From NCBI GenBank assembly GCA_024679065.1, contig JAGIQG010000004.1:50902001-50966000 (forward strand): a stretch of DNA of 64,000 nucleotides, in the 5' to 3' direction. Shown piece after piece: positions 24,321-37,580 of this stretch; position 1 is the first letter of the stretch; every line of letters begins with the position of its first letter. The notes below the pieces were generated by a model, which was not told the origin of the DNA, did no database searches, and was given only the letters and a program-made list of their open reading frames with translations. The DNA comes from Sphyrna mokarran (lineage: Eukaryota). A program made the position numbers and the translations under genes.

Positions 24321-26050
24321 TGTACTCAGGGTGATGAGTTTTTGCCATGGTCTTCATGTGTCTGAGCAGGTTGATTCTCAATCCACAAATCTTTGGGCCC
24401 ATGGGCAGAACATCCCATGAGGTAGTTAGAATTGAAAGCAATGTGAATTTGCTTTCTTTTGTTTCCTTCTCCGTCGCTGAGCTGCCTCATCATTGAGATG
24501 TTGTGACTCAAAGCATGATTCAATTGGTACTAAGCTCCTCCAAGTTATTAATGTCAATAATGCTGCACTTCAAGAAGAGCTTCAGAATGTCTTTGCAGCA
24601 TTTTTTTTTGCATTATCCTGGAATGCTGGTCATTTGAGGGTTGAGAAAACAGGGTCTAGTGAGGGAGATGCTTTTTAGCCATCTGGATGTCATCCCAGTC
24701 CATCATAGATGATCTTGCAGGATTTGTGCCTGAGTGTTTGTGGAGCTAATTTCAAGAAGGACAGTTGAGTTTGTTTGCTGGTCCTCACATTGAATCTGGA
24801 AGGTGTGGCAGGAACATTGCTGATGGAATATCTCTAGCACAGTTGTGTTCTGAAACTCTGTCTGGTTTTCACTGCAATGTAGGAGTATTGTGGCCATAGC
24901 TGCTCTGTGCACTAGTGTTGACTTGCAGGTGTCCGTGGTATAATATACTTGCTGCTGTACTTTGCAGAAGGCTGAGTTGATGCAGCTGATCTGGTGTTGG
25001 ATCTCCTTGTCAATGGTGGCCTTTTGCGAGAGTTGGCTGCCAAATGTTCAACATATTCCAGAATGTCTCCTTCAACATACAAAGGAGGTGGAATATTTGG
25101 CTGACCACATGTGGGTTGATGTGACTTGTTTTGGAAACATTCAAGGACAGTTGAATGTCCGGGTTTCTTGGATGCAGAATTGCAAAAGTGGAAAATAGTT
25201 TGCAAATCTGATGCAAGGTCTGCTGCAGTCATCTGCAAACTGTAGATCATGTATGTCTATGGTGGTGTATTTAGTTTTGAGACGGGGTGACTGAGGTTAA
25301 ATTTTTTTCCAAATATGCAGTATACTTGCACCAAAGGATAATATATCTCTGTGGTAAATAGCCACCATCAGGTAGGTTATAAATAGTGTGGGAAGATCAT
25401 ACAGCCTTGCTTGACCCTGGTCCAGATTTTTAATCTGTCTGTTTCAGATCTCCCATTCAAGACAGTTGCAATCATATCATCATACAAATTTGTGATAAAA
25501 TTTATTGGAAATCCAAATCTGTGGAGCTCAGTCCACTGAATCGAATGTTTTGGTCAGGTCAATAATGCAGTGAAAAATTGCTGGTGTTGTACTCTACATT
25601 TTTCATGTATTTTGTTGCCAGCTAGTCCCATGTCAAGAGGTTCACCTGTAAGGTCTAAAACTGCACTTTCTAGCAAAAGAGGGTTTTCTCAGCTACAGGC
25701 CATAGGCGATTCAGGAGAATGTGTCAGCATTTTCCCAACAATGGGCAAAAGAGAAATACCTTGATAGATAAATCATGCTGTGGGAACTGCCTTCTTGAAG
25801 ATAGTTACAATAGCTGAAGTCTGAGGGAGTTATCTTTCCTCATGCATCCAGAGGAATGGAGTCTTGAAGTGAGTAAAAATACATCAGCTTTGAACTTCAG
25901 TTGGAATAAAAAGTATAACTTAGGACATTAGAATTAACGTAAACTCTGCAGATGAATTCCAGCAGGCTTAGTCATTTGTCATTCAATTGCATGTTGTAGC
26001 TCTTCATTAATAGGTATCCACCTATGGATTCTACTACAGGCTGTTAGGAC
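24321..26050 (-). mobile_element. RTE (BovB-like) LINE, reverse-transcriptase half, decayed
   Basis: Remnants such as HRAAMATILLHCSE..VLEIFHQQC..FQIQCEDQQTNSTVL..QAQILQDHL and TWRSLV..FE..RRRRKQK, typical of the RTE ORF C-terminus; many stops and frameshifts. Confidence 0.8.
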
Positions 26051-26069
26051 TGGACCTGCATTAGGTAAT

Positions 26070-27322
26070 GAAGGAACCAACAAGAGAAAATAACATCCTT
26101 GATTTCATCCTTATCAATCTGCCGGCTGCAGATACATCTGTCCATGATAGTATTGGTAAGAGTAACCACTGCACAGGCCTTATGGAGATGAAGTCCTGCC
26201 TTCACACTTGAGAATAACCTCCATTGTGTTTTGTGGCACTATCACTGTGCTAAGCGGGTCAGACTTCGAACTGGTCTAGCAGCTCAAGCTCCGTGAGGCA
26301 TTGTGGACCATTAACAGCAGTGGAATTGTATTCCAGTACAATCTCCAATCTCATGGCTTGGCATATCTCATACTGAACCATTACCATCAAACCACGAGAT
26401 CAATCCTGGTTCAATGGAGAGTGCAGGAGGGCATGCCACAAGCAGCACCAGGCATATCTAAAAATAAGTCAACCTGCTGAAGGTATAAAACAGGACTGCT
26501 TGCATGCCAAACGGCAAAAACAGCAAGTGATCAACAGAGCTAAGTGATCCCACAACCAACGGATCAGATCTAAGCTCTGCGGTCCTTCCATATCCAGTCA
26601 TGATGGTCAATTAAACAACTCACTGGAGGAGCAGGCGCCACAAATATCCACATCCTCATTGATGGAGGAGCACATCAGTGCAAAAGATAAGGCTGAAGTA
26701 TCTGCAACAATCTTCAGCCAGAATTGCCGAGTGGATGATCCATCTCGGCCTCCTCCGGTGGTCCCCAGCAACTCAGGAGCCACCCTCCGCCAATTCGATT
26801 CACTCCATGTGATATCAAGAAATGGTTGGAAGCACTGGATACTGCAAAGGCAATGATAACATTCTGGCAATAGTACTTGTTCTCCAGAACTTGCCACTCC
26901 CTTGCCAAGCATTTTCAGTACAGTTACAACACTGGCATCTATCCAACAATGTGGAAAATTGCCCAGGTATGTTTTGTACACAAAAAGCAGGACAAATCCA
27001 ATCTGACCAATTACTGCCCAATCAATCTACTCTCGATCATCTGTAAAATGATGGAAGGGATCATCAGCAGTACTATCAAGCAGCATCTGCTCAGCAATAA
27101 CCTACTCAGTGATGCCTAGTTTGGGTTTCGCCAGGATCGCTCAACTCCTGGCCTCTTTACAGCCTTGATCAAACATGGACAAAACAATTCAATTCCAGAG
27201 GTAAGGTGAGAGCTCTTGATGTCAAGGCCGTATTTGAATGAGTGTGGAATCAATGGGAACTGGGGGCAAACTATCAGTTGGAATCATACCTGATACGTAG
27301 GAAGATAGTTGTTGTTGTGGTC
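26070..27322 (+). mobile_element. CR1-group LINE internal fragment inserted into the RTE
   Basis: LAKHFQYSYNTGIYPTMWKIAQVCFVHKKQDKSNLTNYCPINLLSIICKMMEGII..HLLSNNLLSDA, then FGFRQ and ALDVKAVF: RT N-terminal motifs. Confidence 0.85.
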
Positions 27323-27329
27323 ATGAGTT

Positions 27330-28730
27330 GCCCTTAGGATCCTTCTTTTTGATTGGGCTGATTAAGAGCAAAAGCATTGATTTTTATAGGCCCTTTTAGA
27401 CTTTGGGCCTTGTGATGTCTTGCTATTAGGTGAATGTCCATCAATTGAGCAAGTGAATCATCTACCTAGCAGATATCAGTCACTGATTATGGATGTAATG
27501 ATACGGACATCACTTGGATCTTTGACCCAAACATAACCCAGGAGATACCAATTCTTTGATCTAGGATGCTTTAATCTTGGGTGCTTGTTATAATGAAGAC
27601 TTGCTGAGCACACTGTTTTCTGCAGGAGGACACAAGTTTGTATTGGCTTTCCTCATTCTGTTATCCCAATAGTTCTACTCCGGACGTCAGAGTCATAAGC
27701 AACCCTGGCATTAAAGTCCCCCTAAAGATGATTTATTCTTCTTTTGTGAAGGCAGTGAGGATTCCATCAAGGTCAGAATAGAACTTTTCTGTAACATTTT
27801 CATCAGAGTTGAGGGTCAGGGCTTAAACACTGATGATGATGCCATATTGGTTAAGGGCTGAGTTAGATGTGAAATGACATAAGTTTTCATTTGTACAATT
27901 GGAGAGTTTTGGCAGTGCATCCAAGACCCCATTCCATACAGTAAAACCAGCTCATTGGCACAATGGTCGCCATCAGCCTTTTCTTTGTAGTAGAAGGTGT
28001 ATGTCCCTTTTTGTGCTGTTGGCTGCCCCTCCTAAAAAGAAAGGTCTTCATCTTAGTGTGGCAATGCCAACCTAGAGGCTTAATAGCTCAAGTGATATGA
28101 TTGCAATTCTCCTTTCCGACTGGTCACTCTTGCAATTATCCAGAAGGGTTCTAACATTCCAAATTGCAAACTATGGAATTTCTTCCTTTGATTACAGGAT
28201 GGTGATGCTACAAAGAGTGGGTTCCCCAGCAAAGAGAAAGTGGAGCAGTTTTGTTTTGACATCTTTTCTACCCTGCATCACAATGGGGTGATCTGAGGAT
28301 GTCCTAACGCTGCTCCAATACACTCTTGTCCCAACATAGGTGTCCACTAACTTCATACATTCGTCATCAGTGTGCAGATTCCTAACTAGGGTTTCCATGT
28401 TTGTAGCTGTGTTCTCCTTGCCAATTCTCACTTCAAACAGGACTTGGCAAAGGGACATGGTGAAAATCTATGCATGTTTTTGTTTAATGTAGGGGACCTT
28501 GGTTATCTATACAAGATTGTCCACACAATCTTGCCAGGTTGGTAGTCAGATTTCACTGACATGTCAAACTATGATGAGTGGGACCACTTAATCCTGTAGC
28601 TATCTTCTGCCTTTGCAGCTGGTGGGCTACACAATCTTTTTTCATCTTTTCTGCGGTTGAGATTTTTTGGGTTGCAGTTTGTTTGCCATTTCCCCCTAAC
28701 CTTGCTGCCATTGTGACCCTGCCAGGATGA
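27330..28730 (-). mobile_element. RTE LINE 5' half (AP endonuclease and 5' UTR)
   Basis: Minus-strand IISV..TLNSDENVTEKFYSDLD and GDFNARV motifs at about 27700-27840; 5' region cctggcagggtc...atggcagcaaggttagggg resembles RTE 5' UTRs. Confidence 0.75.
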
Positions 28731-30967
28731 AGGGATGTTATTCCTGTTGTGACTGACTATTGAATCAACTAATGATTTGAAATGTTGCCCATCCCCACCA
28801 ACCCAGCCTCTGTAAATTGATAGTCTAATTCCACCTCCATTTTTATATAACTTCCATTTATATGCTTGCTCTCCCTTTAATACGAGCCTTCCATTTATTT
28901 GCTCCTTTCATCAGACCACCATTAGCAACCGGTTTTTTTAGCCAAGTTAGGTCTACTGTCTGGAATTTCCTCTGTCTCCATATCTCCTCCAAACCAATCT
29001 CTTGGGACAAGCTGTCAGTTGCTCTCACCTCATACCCACTATCTTCATATTTACCTTGCATCCATGGTTATGTTGAAGCACTACTTTGCATTCATAGAAT
29101 ATGAATGCAAGATCTTGAGTGGATGTGATTAGCCTCAGTTTTAGTATGAATGCATTCTTTATCGGAGTGGTATGTGCATGTAGTGTACATTAGAGTGACA
29201 TTTTTCCAGTCGAATAACAGAACAGCACCATGGCCTCCCCTTGGGTTCTTCAATCATACAACCCCTACTGCAAGCTGGGGCATCTGTGGCAGGGTATGAA
29301 GCTGGAGAACAGCTGCCAGTCTGTCATAGAGACGAACCTCTGCAAGGAAGATGCAGGCTTGACCTTGGGACAAGTACAGTGCTATTATTACCTGTGTCTC
29401 TGATGAGTAGGTGTGTGATGTGTCATCCAACGTGATTCGAGAAAGTAGTGCTTCACCAGAGAATGAGAGCAGACGGCAAAGTGTTTCAGTTGTACTGTGT
29501 GTGGGTAGAATTTGATGAGGGGAAAAAAGTTGATGTTTTGTTGGAACAACTCCAAATACCACACGTGAATGCAAATTTTTGAAGTTATTTTATCAACATG
29601 CTATTTGAAACGTCGGTGACTGAAGTTCTAGTTTGTAGAAATTAACAGTGGGAGGCTCTTTATGTTCTTTCTTTATACCGGATTCGAACTTTGCCTTGTA
29701 GGGCAACTCTGTAAACCCTCTCTGGAATGGAATGTTATTTATCTCTGTTAAGGAATAAGTCCAGGAGGAAGAAAGGCCTAGAAGGATGTGCTAAGGAAGT
29801 TAGCTGAAGAAGGCTGGGAGGAGGCTCATGTGGCATAAAGACCAGTTGGGTCAAGTAGTCTATATTTGTGTTATGAATTCTGAGTAATATAAAGGACATG
29901 CTGTCATCACATTGTAATTGACTAGGTTAAGAGTCTAGATTCCATATTTTAGGATTGGATGTGGTTTGCAAGTATTGATAACACTAAATCATAATCCATA
30001 AAAAGATTTGAGATAAGCAATCTGGAGGAAAATCTATACGAACACCATGGTACTTTAATGCTTAACCCGGCAGATGTTTGTGAAAAGATTGCGAATGCCT
30101 GGGAGTTGAGCAGAATCCACTGAGAATGGGGAGTTGCAGTCAAGCCCTGCAGTCGTCACACTAAATTGTTTTGTTGGAACTTGAAGTGGATCAATAAGTT
30201 TCACTCCGCAGGGCAGTGTTTTCAGTGATATCAGTTACTAGTGCAACCCATCCGTAGGCCGCCTGTTAGCACTAAATACCAGACTTCCACAAATTGACAA
30301 TGAAATAAGAGCAGCTGCCGAAAGGAAATGTGATTAAATGACATTAGGCTAAATTCCATTTATATTTAATAACAGGAGTTGTACATCTGGGGAGAGGAAA
30401 GGGCAATGTAGATTTTTGCCGTGGCAGCAGTTAACAATTAATGACTAAAAGTACCCATTTAATGTGGATGGGAATTTAATGCACAGTTTCAGAAATGCAG
30501 CTCTTTGGAGATAACCAGGTTAGTTAAGGGTGGCATTGTCCTGGTGATACGTTCTGTAAATCTCTTCACTGTGTTCTGTCGTGTGTGCAAACATAGTGAC
30601 TTGGTCAGCATTGAAGCATCATTATGCATCTGCTTCTACGAAATAGCTGTATGCAGCACAGAACGAGGCCATGCAATCTGTTGTGGCTGTGCTAGCTCTT
30701 TGCTGGAGCGACTCAAACTTTAAGTCCAGTGCCCAGCTCACTCCCTATGGGCCTGTACACTCCTCTGCTTCAAATATTTATCCATTCTCATTAAAAGGAT
30801 ATACTTGTTTCAATCTCAGCTTCTTCCATTTGCAAATAATTCCATACACTGAACAAATCTGAGAGAATTTTAAATTGATTTGCCACTAGTTCCTCAAATA
30901 ATAGTTGAAATACTTTGCTGTTTTGAAACAGCAATTATATTTTCCCTTCTCAGGTATCAGAGGTACT

Positions 30968-31270
30968 TCTCTGTCTGCTTTTAAGTCAGAAAGTTATAAC
31001 TTAAAGCCTCCTCCAGATACCTGAGCACGATATCTAGGCTGACACTCCAGTGCATTACTCATAGTGCTGCATTGTGCTGACTTTAGACCTCTATCTGCTC
31101 TGTCAAGTGAACAACAAATATTCCTAAATACTTTACAAAGTAGAGGAGATCTTTTGGACAATATTTATCGTTAAGCAACATCACTAAAATGGATCATTTG
31201 GTCATTATCTTACAGTGAATTTGGAATCTTGATTGGCCACAATGTTTCCCTACTGCATTGCAGTGATCAC
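30968..31270 (+). mobile_element. DeuSINE-like (SacSINE1-like) element, degenerate
   Basis: tctaggctgacactccagtgca...aatatttatc...caacatcactaaaatggatcatttggtcattatc resembles the recalled Deu domain. Confidence 0.65.
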
Positions 31271-31371
31271 GGAATATTTGAGTTTTGCAATGGAGAAAGC
31301 ACAGTGTTTGTGCTGTTAGTTTGCAAAATATTAATTTTCCAGAATCTAATCAAAAATCACTACCTTTAATA

Positions 31372-31727
31372 GGGGGAGGCAATGGCTTAGTTATTGCTGG
31401 ACTATTAATCCAGAAACTCAGCTAATGTTCTGGAGACTCAGGTTCGAATCCCGCCAAGGCAGATGGCGAAATTTGAATACAATAAAAAATATCTGGAATG
31501 AAGAATCTACTGATGACTATGAAATCATTGTCGAGCGTCGGAAAAACTTATCTGGTTCACTAATGACCTTTAGGGAAGGAAATCTGCCTTCCTTACCTGG
31601 TCTGGCCTATATATGAATCTAGAGTCACAGCAATGTGGTTGACTCTCAACTGTCCTTGGGCAACTAGGGATGGGCAATAAATACTAGCCAGCCAGTGACG
31701 CCCATCATTTAATGTGAATTTAAAAAA
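31372..31727 (+). mobile_element. tRNA-derived SINE, near full length (second family)
   Basis: Head ggggaggcaatggcttag...ggttcgaatccc (B box); body ctttagggaaggaaatctgcc...gtggttgactctcaactg; tail gggatgggcaataaat. Further partial copies at 15020, 44853, about 46265 and about 60590. Confidence 0.85.
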
Positions 31728-32483
31728 CACATCTTTGAATCCAAATCCTATCCACAGAATTGTGCAGCTGCTTCCCCCACCAAACCCCAATAATAGAATG
31801 GTCTGCAACCCATCAAAATCAGTCCTGATAATGTTTCTTCCTCATTATGATCATGAGCAGTGCTTAGTGCTTACCAATCAACATTAACATCTTTCCAGAG
31901 AAGGCAAAAGGTTGGGTTCATTGCACAGCTAGATCTAAGATCTTTGACTTGTAGCCTTACATTTGAACTTGTTCAGTACAACTGGCTGCCTTTGCTTTAG
32001 GAATTTTAATCCTTTTTTAAAAACCTGTATAGAAGGTGCATGTATAATTGTAAAAAAGTATTTTAATTAATTAATTGTATTACTTTCAACACAAAACATT
32101 TAATCCAAACAGAATTGCACCACATCTATTTGACCTTTGACTTTCAAACTATGTCCTGTTCATAAGTCATGTGAAGTACCACTCTATAAACATTTTTCTT
32201 GCAAATACAAACAGTCAATTTGTGATTCAGGGCAACAACATGATTCTGGAATAGATTTTCATTTTGTGTAACAGTGCTTTGTTGGTGCTTACTAAATTGC
32301 AACGCGCACACAATTGCAGATCTATTGCTTGCATTTGCAGTTTTGATCCAAGCAGAGAATATCTTGGCAAAGCAAACGTATTTGTCATAATGTTTCCATT
32401 ATTCCCCTGAACCTTTTCCTGCCTAATGTTTCTTAATGTGTATGTTGTTCCTTCTCTCTGGTTGTTTTAAATAAAACCTCATC

Positions 32484-33874
32484 AAAGAACAAAGAAAATT
32501 GCAGCATATGAACAGGCCCTTCGGCCCTCCAAGTCTGCACTGACCATGCTTCTTGACTTAACTAAAACCCCAACACTTCCATGGACGATATCCCTCTTTT
32601 ACCATCTCATTCATGTACTTGTCAAGACACCCCTTTAAAAGTCACTATTGTATCTGCTTCCACTATCTCCCTGGCAACAAGTTGCAAGCACCCATCACTT
32701 TCAATGTAAAAAGTCTTGTACATCTCTTTTAAAACTTGCTCTTCGCGCCTTAAACCAATGTAATTGACTCTTCCGCCCTGGGGAAAAAGCTTCTGACTAT
32801 CCATGTTTCTCATAATCTTGTAGCCTTCTATCAGGTCTTCCCTCGACCTCTGTTGCTCCAGTGAGAACAAACCAAGTTTCTCCAACCTCTCCTCATAGCT
32901 AATGCTCTCCATACCAGCAACATCCTGGTAAATCTTTTAGTATCCTCTCCAAAGCCTCCATGTCCTTTTGGTAGTGTGGTGACCAGAATTGAACACTATA
33001 TTCCTAGTGCGGCCTCACTAAGGTTCCATAAAGCATCTTGCCAATTTTTAAACTCAGTACCCTGACCGATGAAAGCAAGCATGCTGTATACCTTCTTGAC
33101 TATCTTCCCCATCTGCATTGCCACTTTTAGTGACCTGTGTACCTATACACCCAGATCCCTTTGCCTATAAATACTCATAAGGGTTCTGCCATTTACTGTA
33201 TATTTCTTATCTGTGTTAGACCTTCCAAAATGTATTACTCACATACTCAGAATTAAACTCCATCTGCCATCTCTCCACCCGAGTCGCCAACTGATCTATA
33301 TCCTGTATCCTCTGATGGTCCTCATCACTATCCGCAAATCCACCAACCTTTTGTGTCGAACGCAAACTTACTAATCAATCCAGTTACGTTTTCCTCCAAA
33401 TCATTTGTATATACTACAAACAACAAAGGTCCCAGCAATAATCCCTGAGGAATACCACTTGTCATAGCCCTCCATTCAGAAACGCAGCCTTCCACTGCTA
33501 CCCTCTGTTTTTTTTTTTGAGCCAATTTTGTGTCCATCTTGCCAGTTCACCTCTGATCCCATGCGACTGCGACTTCACCTTCTGCACCAGTCTGCCATTA
33601 GGGACCTTATCAAAGGCCTTACTGAAGTCCATGTAGACAACATGCACTGCCCTACCCTCGTCAATCATCTTCATCACTTTCTCGAGAAACATGATCTTCC
33701 CTTTACAAAACCATGTTGCCTGTCACTAATACATCTGCTTATTTCCAAGTGGGATTAAATCCTGTCTCAAAGAATCCTCTCCAATAATTGTCCTATTACT
33801 GATATAAAGCTCCCCGGCCTGCAATTACCTGGATTATTCATGTTACCTATCTTAAACAAAGGAACAACATTGGC
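32484..33874 (-). mobile_element. CR1 (HER1-like) LINE 3' part
   Basis: VVYMDFSKAFDKVP, SGIPQGLLLGPLLFVVYTNDL..ISKFAFDTK and SYEERLEKLGLFSLEQ; 3' UTR with gaacaaa repeat. Confidence 0.92.
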
Positions 33875-34655
33875 TCATCATTATCTTTCTCTCTTACTCT
33901 CACGTGTTCTATCCATGGACCTCAAGACTGTAAAACTCCTTACCAGACTGCAGGCATGGTCAACCTAGTCTATACCTCTTGCTTTCTGTGGAACAACTAC
34001 AGGTTTGGACTTTGGACTACAGGTTCCCAGAATATTTCAGCACTGTAGTTTTCCTCACATCATGTCTATGTCTTTGGACTATTTGATAAGGATTGATGAG
34101 CTAACAACTCAATTATCATTTTGTCATGCAACTATCAAGATGATAGAAAGTGAATTGAATGAATCTTGATCTTTTAATCATATCGTAATTTCTATGTATC
34201 CTGTCATCTCTCCCCTTACTTTCTACCTTGTGAATGGATTGTCTTATTGAGGACAATAAAGTTTAAGTTATGACATTCCACAGAATGAAAATCCTTTAAA
34301 TCTCACTACGCTCTTGTATACCAGGTGTAAATTTTGCTTTCTATCTCAGTTTCTGGAACATCCATTTTGGAATATGGAGATGCAATCTGTCTTTGAAAGG
34401 CAAATGGGAAAATGCTTAATTTACTCAATAATTAATAAACCACTATCAAAATTACATCTTCAAAAATCGTACCTTCCTGTGATTTTTGTTGGCGTGCCAT
34501 TAGTTAGTGAAAGAAGCAGGCAATTCCAGTTTGGATTTTCTGATTTGATGGACCAACATTTTGTTGCAAATGGAATAATGCGCTCAGAATTTAGTTAATC
34601 TTTCGAGGTATTGTTTGGTCTCTGGATATCTCATGAAATTCCCAACATGTTGCTT

Positions 34656-34887
34656 GAGTGGGTTTTCTCCGGGTGCTCCGGTTTCCTCCCACATCCCAAA
34701 GATGTGTTCTCAGGCTGATTGGCAAAACAAATTCTCCCTAAATTGTCTCACAAGTTTGGTTCCAATGCATAGATCTATAAACATAGACAGGGATCATGGG
34801 TAGAAGTGGGAACATTGAGGTGGCGACGCGGGCTCGTTGGGCCGAAGGGCCTGTTTCCCGTGCTGTTTTGTTCTTTGTTCTATGTTC
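34656..34887 (+). mobile_element. 5'-truncated V-SINE with a third tail type (CR1 tail ending in TGTTCT repeats)
   Basis: gggttttctccgggtgctccggtttcctcccacatcccaaagatgtg...gggccgaagggcctgttt...tgttctttgttctatgttc. Confidence 0.8.
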
Positions 34888-36189
34888 ACCTTCTTTATTG
34901 GGCAGACAGACAATACCACATCATCAGAGCAAGTTTCTCAGATTAACACCAATATTTTGATTTACTTACAATTGGATCAATTCATGGAGGCAGTTAAAGG
35001 CAGCAAACTATGATGTTACTTGTATTGCATGAAGTTATAAAGAACTCATTTCTTTGAATGGAAGTAGTCGTTTTTAGTAGGCTTTCACGAAGCAAAATGA
35101 AGTTTCAATTCTGAGGTCAGAACTCCAAGTAGAATTAAATCTGTGTAATCAAAACTCCATGTCTCTAGCATGTGAAAGTTTTTCAGGTTACCGCAGTGCT
35201 GTTGAAGTTCACAGACAATCTGAGTACACAGCTTATCTTGTGCCTTATGGAGATAGTTGTTAATGGCAGGATGTTCCTGTCTATCAGCAAAAATCTTGCA
35301 TTAATGGTTCAGCAATTGGAGTAATTGAATTTCTGTATTCTCTGGTCTGTTAGCTATCATAGATTAACATATCTAGCAGACAGCCCCGTCAGGCAAGCAA
35401 CTTTAAACTTAATTCATTTCTGGGGCAGAGGTGCTGACACACACAATCCATCCAGGATGGATATATCTCATGGTCATGTTTTATTTTTGCGCATTGCTCC
35501 AATTTTTGCCAGAGGGCTCCTGAGCTCTCCTTATCGGCTGATTTGCCAGGTCTGAGCAGGCCAATTTTCCTGGAGGCAGCCTAACTCCAGTCTCCATTTT
35601 GAAATTTGGTAAGGGGTTTTAGTCCTAGCTATGCTGTACATAACATATCAAATTTATATTTCACATCCTGTCTTCATCATAATTTCATTTTAATGTGATA
35701 TTTTTAAGCCTTTATAAGGATCACACCACAGGACTGATAACATCATTCCTAATATTTCTATTACAAGACACCAATATGCATCATTTTTCTGATTTCTGTG
35801 AGCTAAAAGAGAAATGTAGATATGAAAGATGTTAAGACAATTGAAAACTGGTGTGTACTATGTACGGAACTTGGCATCAAACTTTTTGTTTTAATCCCTT
35901 GCACACTATCCATAATCCATCTAAGCGAGATAACTCCACTCTACAGAGCTTGAAGGCAGTTATTTCCCAGCTTTGGCTGAGTTGCAAAACAAAACAACGT
36001 GGAATCTGATCCTGACTTCACCTCTTACCTTCATTGAAACCATGTTTAACTCCATTATTGGTTTGATTTTGGCTGAGGAATTGCAATTATTTTGCAATCC
36101 TGAGTGTCATCATTTTGTAAACACATTGGGCAATAACATTTGTCACATTATGGTGAAATAATATGTCTTTACGTTCTTTTTTAAAAACA

Positions 36190-36576
36190 ACTGTTTTCTA
36201 TCGTGACTTTCATGACCTCTGAATGTCTCAAAGCAATTTACACTCAGTGAAGTATTTCTTGAAGTGCAGTCAATGTTGTAAGGCAGGAACTTGGCAGCCA
36301 AGTTCACAGCAAGGATCCTTAAACAGCAAAGAGATAAAGGATGAAAATACTTTTCTTTTTACTTGTATCAGTTGAAGGATACATCATGATCAGGACTTGC
36401 TCGTGAAATAACGCCATGGGAGTTATTACATCTACCCAAGAGATTAGCCAGAACCTAAGTTTAAATCTCATGGGAAAGGTGCCATCTTCAATGGTGCAGT
36501 ACCCACTCTGTACTGCACTGGAATATTGGCTGAGATTTTGTGTTCAAATCTGTGGAGTGAGACTTGAACTTACAGT
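36190..36576 (-). mobile_element. DeuSINE-like (SacSINE1-like) element
   Basis: Antisense Deu/L2-tail motifs (gaagtgcagtcaatgttgtaa, gccatgggag, tactgcactggaatattggc, tggagtgagacttgaac). Confidence 0.7.
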
Positions 36577-36794
36577 TGAGAATGATCATAGCTACTTTTG
36601 TTCAGTTTGATCTTATCCACGTTCATTATCCACACGCATACACTTTTCAGCAAGGCTTTCTGAATCATGAATAGGAGCAAGAAATCCAAAGGACAGTGTG
36701 TCCATTGATGTTGAATCTGAAATTTGTGTGGTATGTAATAGCCTGCTCCGTACTATGTTCACCAAATCTTGGAGAAGTTCTTAAGTTTCTTTGA

Positions 36795-37580
36795 AAGAAA
36801 AATCCAGTGTTGGTTCACCTGGATGTTGCCTGGGATGAAATATTTGAGCTATAAAGAGAGATTGGATAGGCTGGTATTATTTTCTGTAGAGCAAAGAAGG
36901 CTGAGGACGGGACATGATATAAGATTGAGGATTTTGGACAGACTGAGTAGGGAGAAGCTGTTCCCCTTGGTTGAAGGGTCAATTACGAGGGGCATAGTTT
37001 TAGAGTAAGGGGCAGGAAATTTGGAGGAGAATTGAGAAAGGATTTGTGGGTGACATGGTAGCACCATAATTAGCATTGCTGCCTCACAGCATCAGGGACA
37101 CAGGTTCAATTCCTGGCTTGGGTCACCATCTGTGTGGAGTCTGCACATTCTTCCTGTGTCTGCGTGGGTTACCTCCGGGTGCTCTAGTTTCCTCCCATAG
37201 TCCAAAAGACATGTTGGTTAATAGATTGGTCATGCTTAAATTCTCCCCAGTCTATACGAATGTATACCAGAGTGTGGCAACTAGGGGATTTTCACAGTAA
37301 CTTCATTGCAGAGTTAATGTAAGCCTACTTGTGAACAGTAATAAATAAACGATAAAAAAACTTTAAACTAGAAAAAGTTTTTTTCACTCAGAGGATTGTG
37401 GAAATCTGGAATGCAGATAGTGGAGGCCAGAAACCTCTTGGCCTTTAAAAAATATTTGAATGAATACTTGTAATATCATAACATTCAAGTGCAGGAAAAT
37501 AGTTATGCCTTTAGTTATAGTTATTGTCAGTGCAGGCTCGTTGGGCCAAAGGGCCTTTTCAGTGCTGTATAACCCTATGG
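36795..37580 (+). mobile_element. CR1 3' fragment interrupted by a SINE
   Basis: FTWMLPGMKYLSYKERLDRLVLFSVEQRRLR; resumes after the SINE at ttttcactcagagg and ends with gggccaaagggcc...gtgctgtat. Confidence 0.85.
37048..37369 (+). mobile_element. V-SINE, tail type B, full length, nested in CR1
   Basis: Head, V-domain and tail actaggggattttcacagtaacttcattgca...gtaagcctacttgtga...aataaataaac. Confidence 0.9.
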
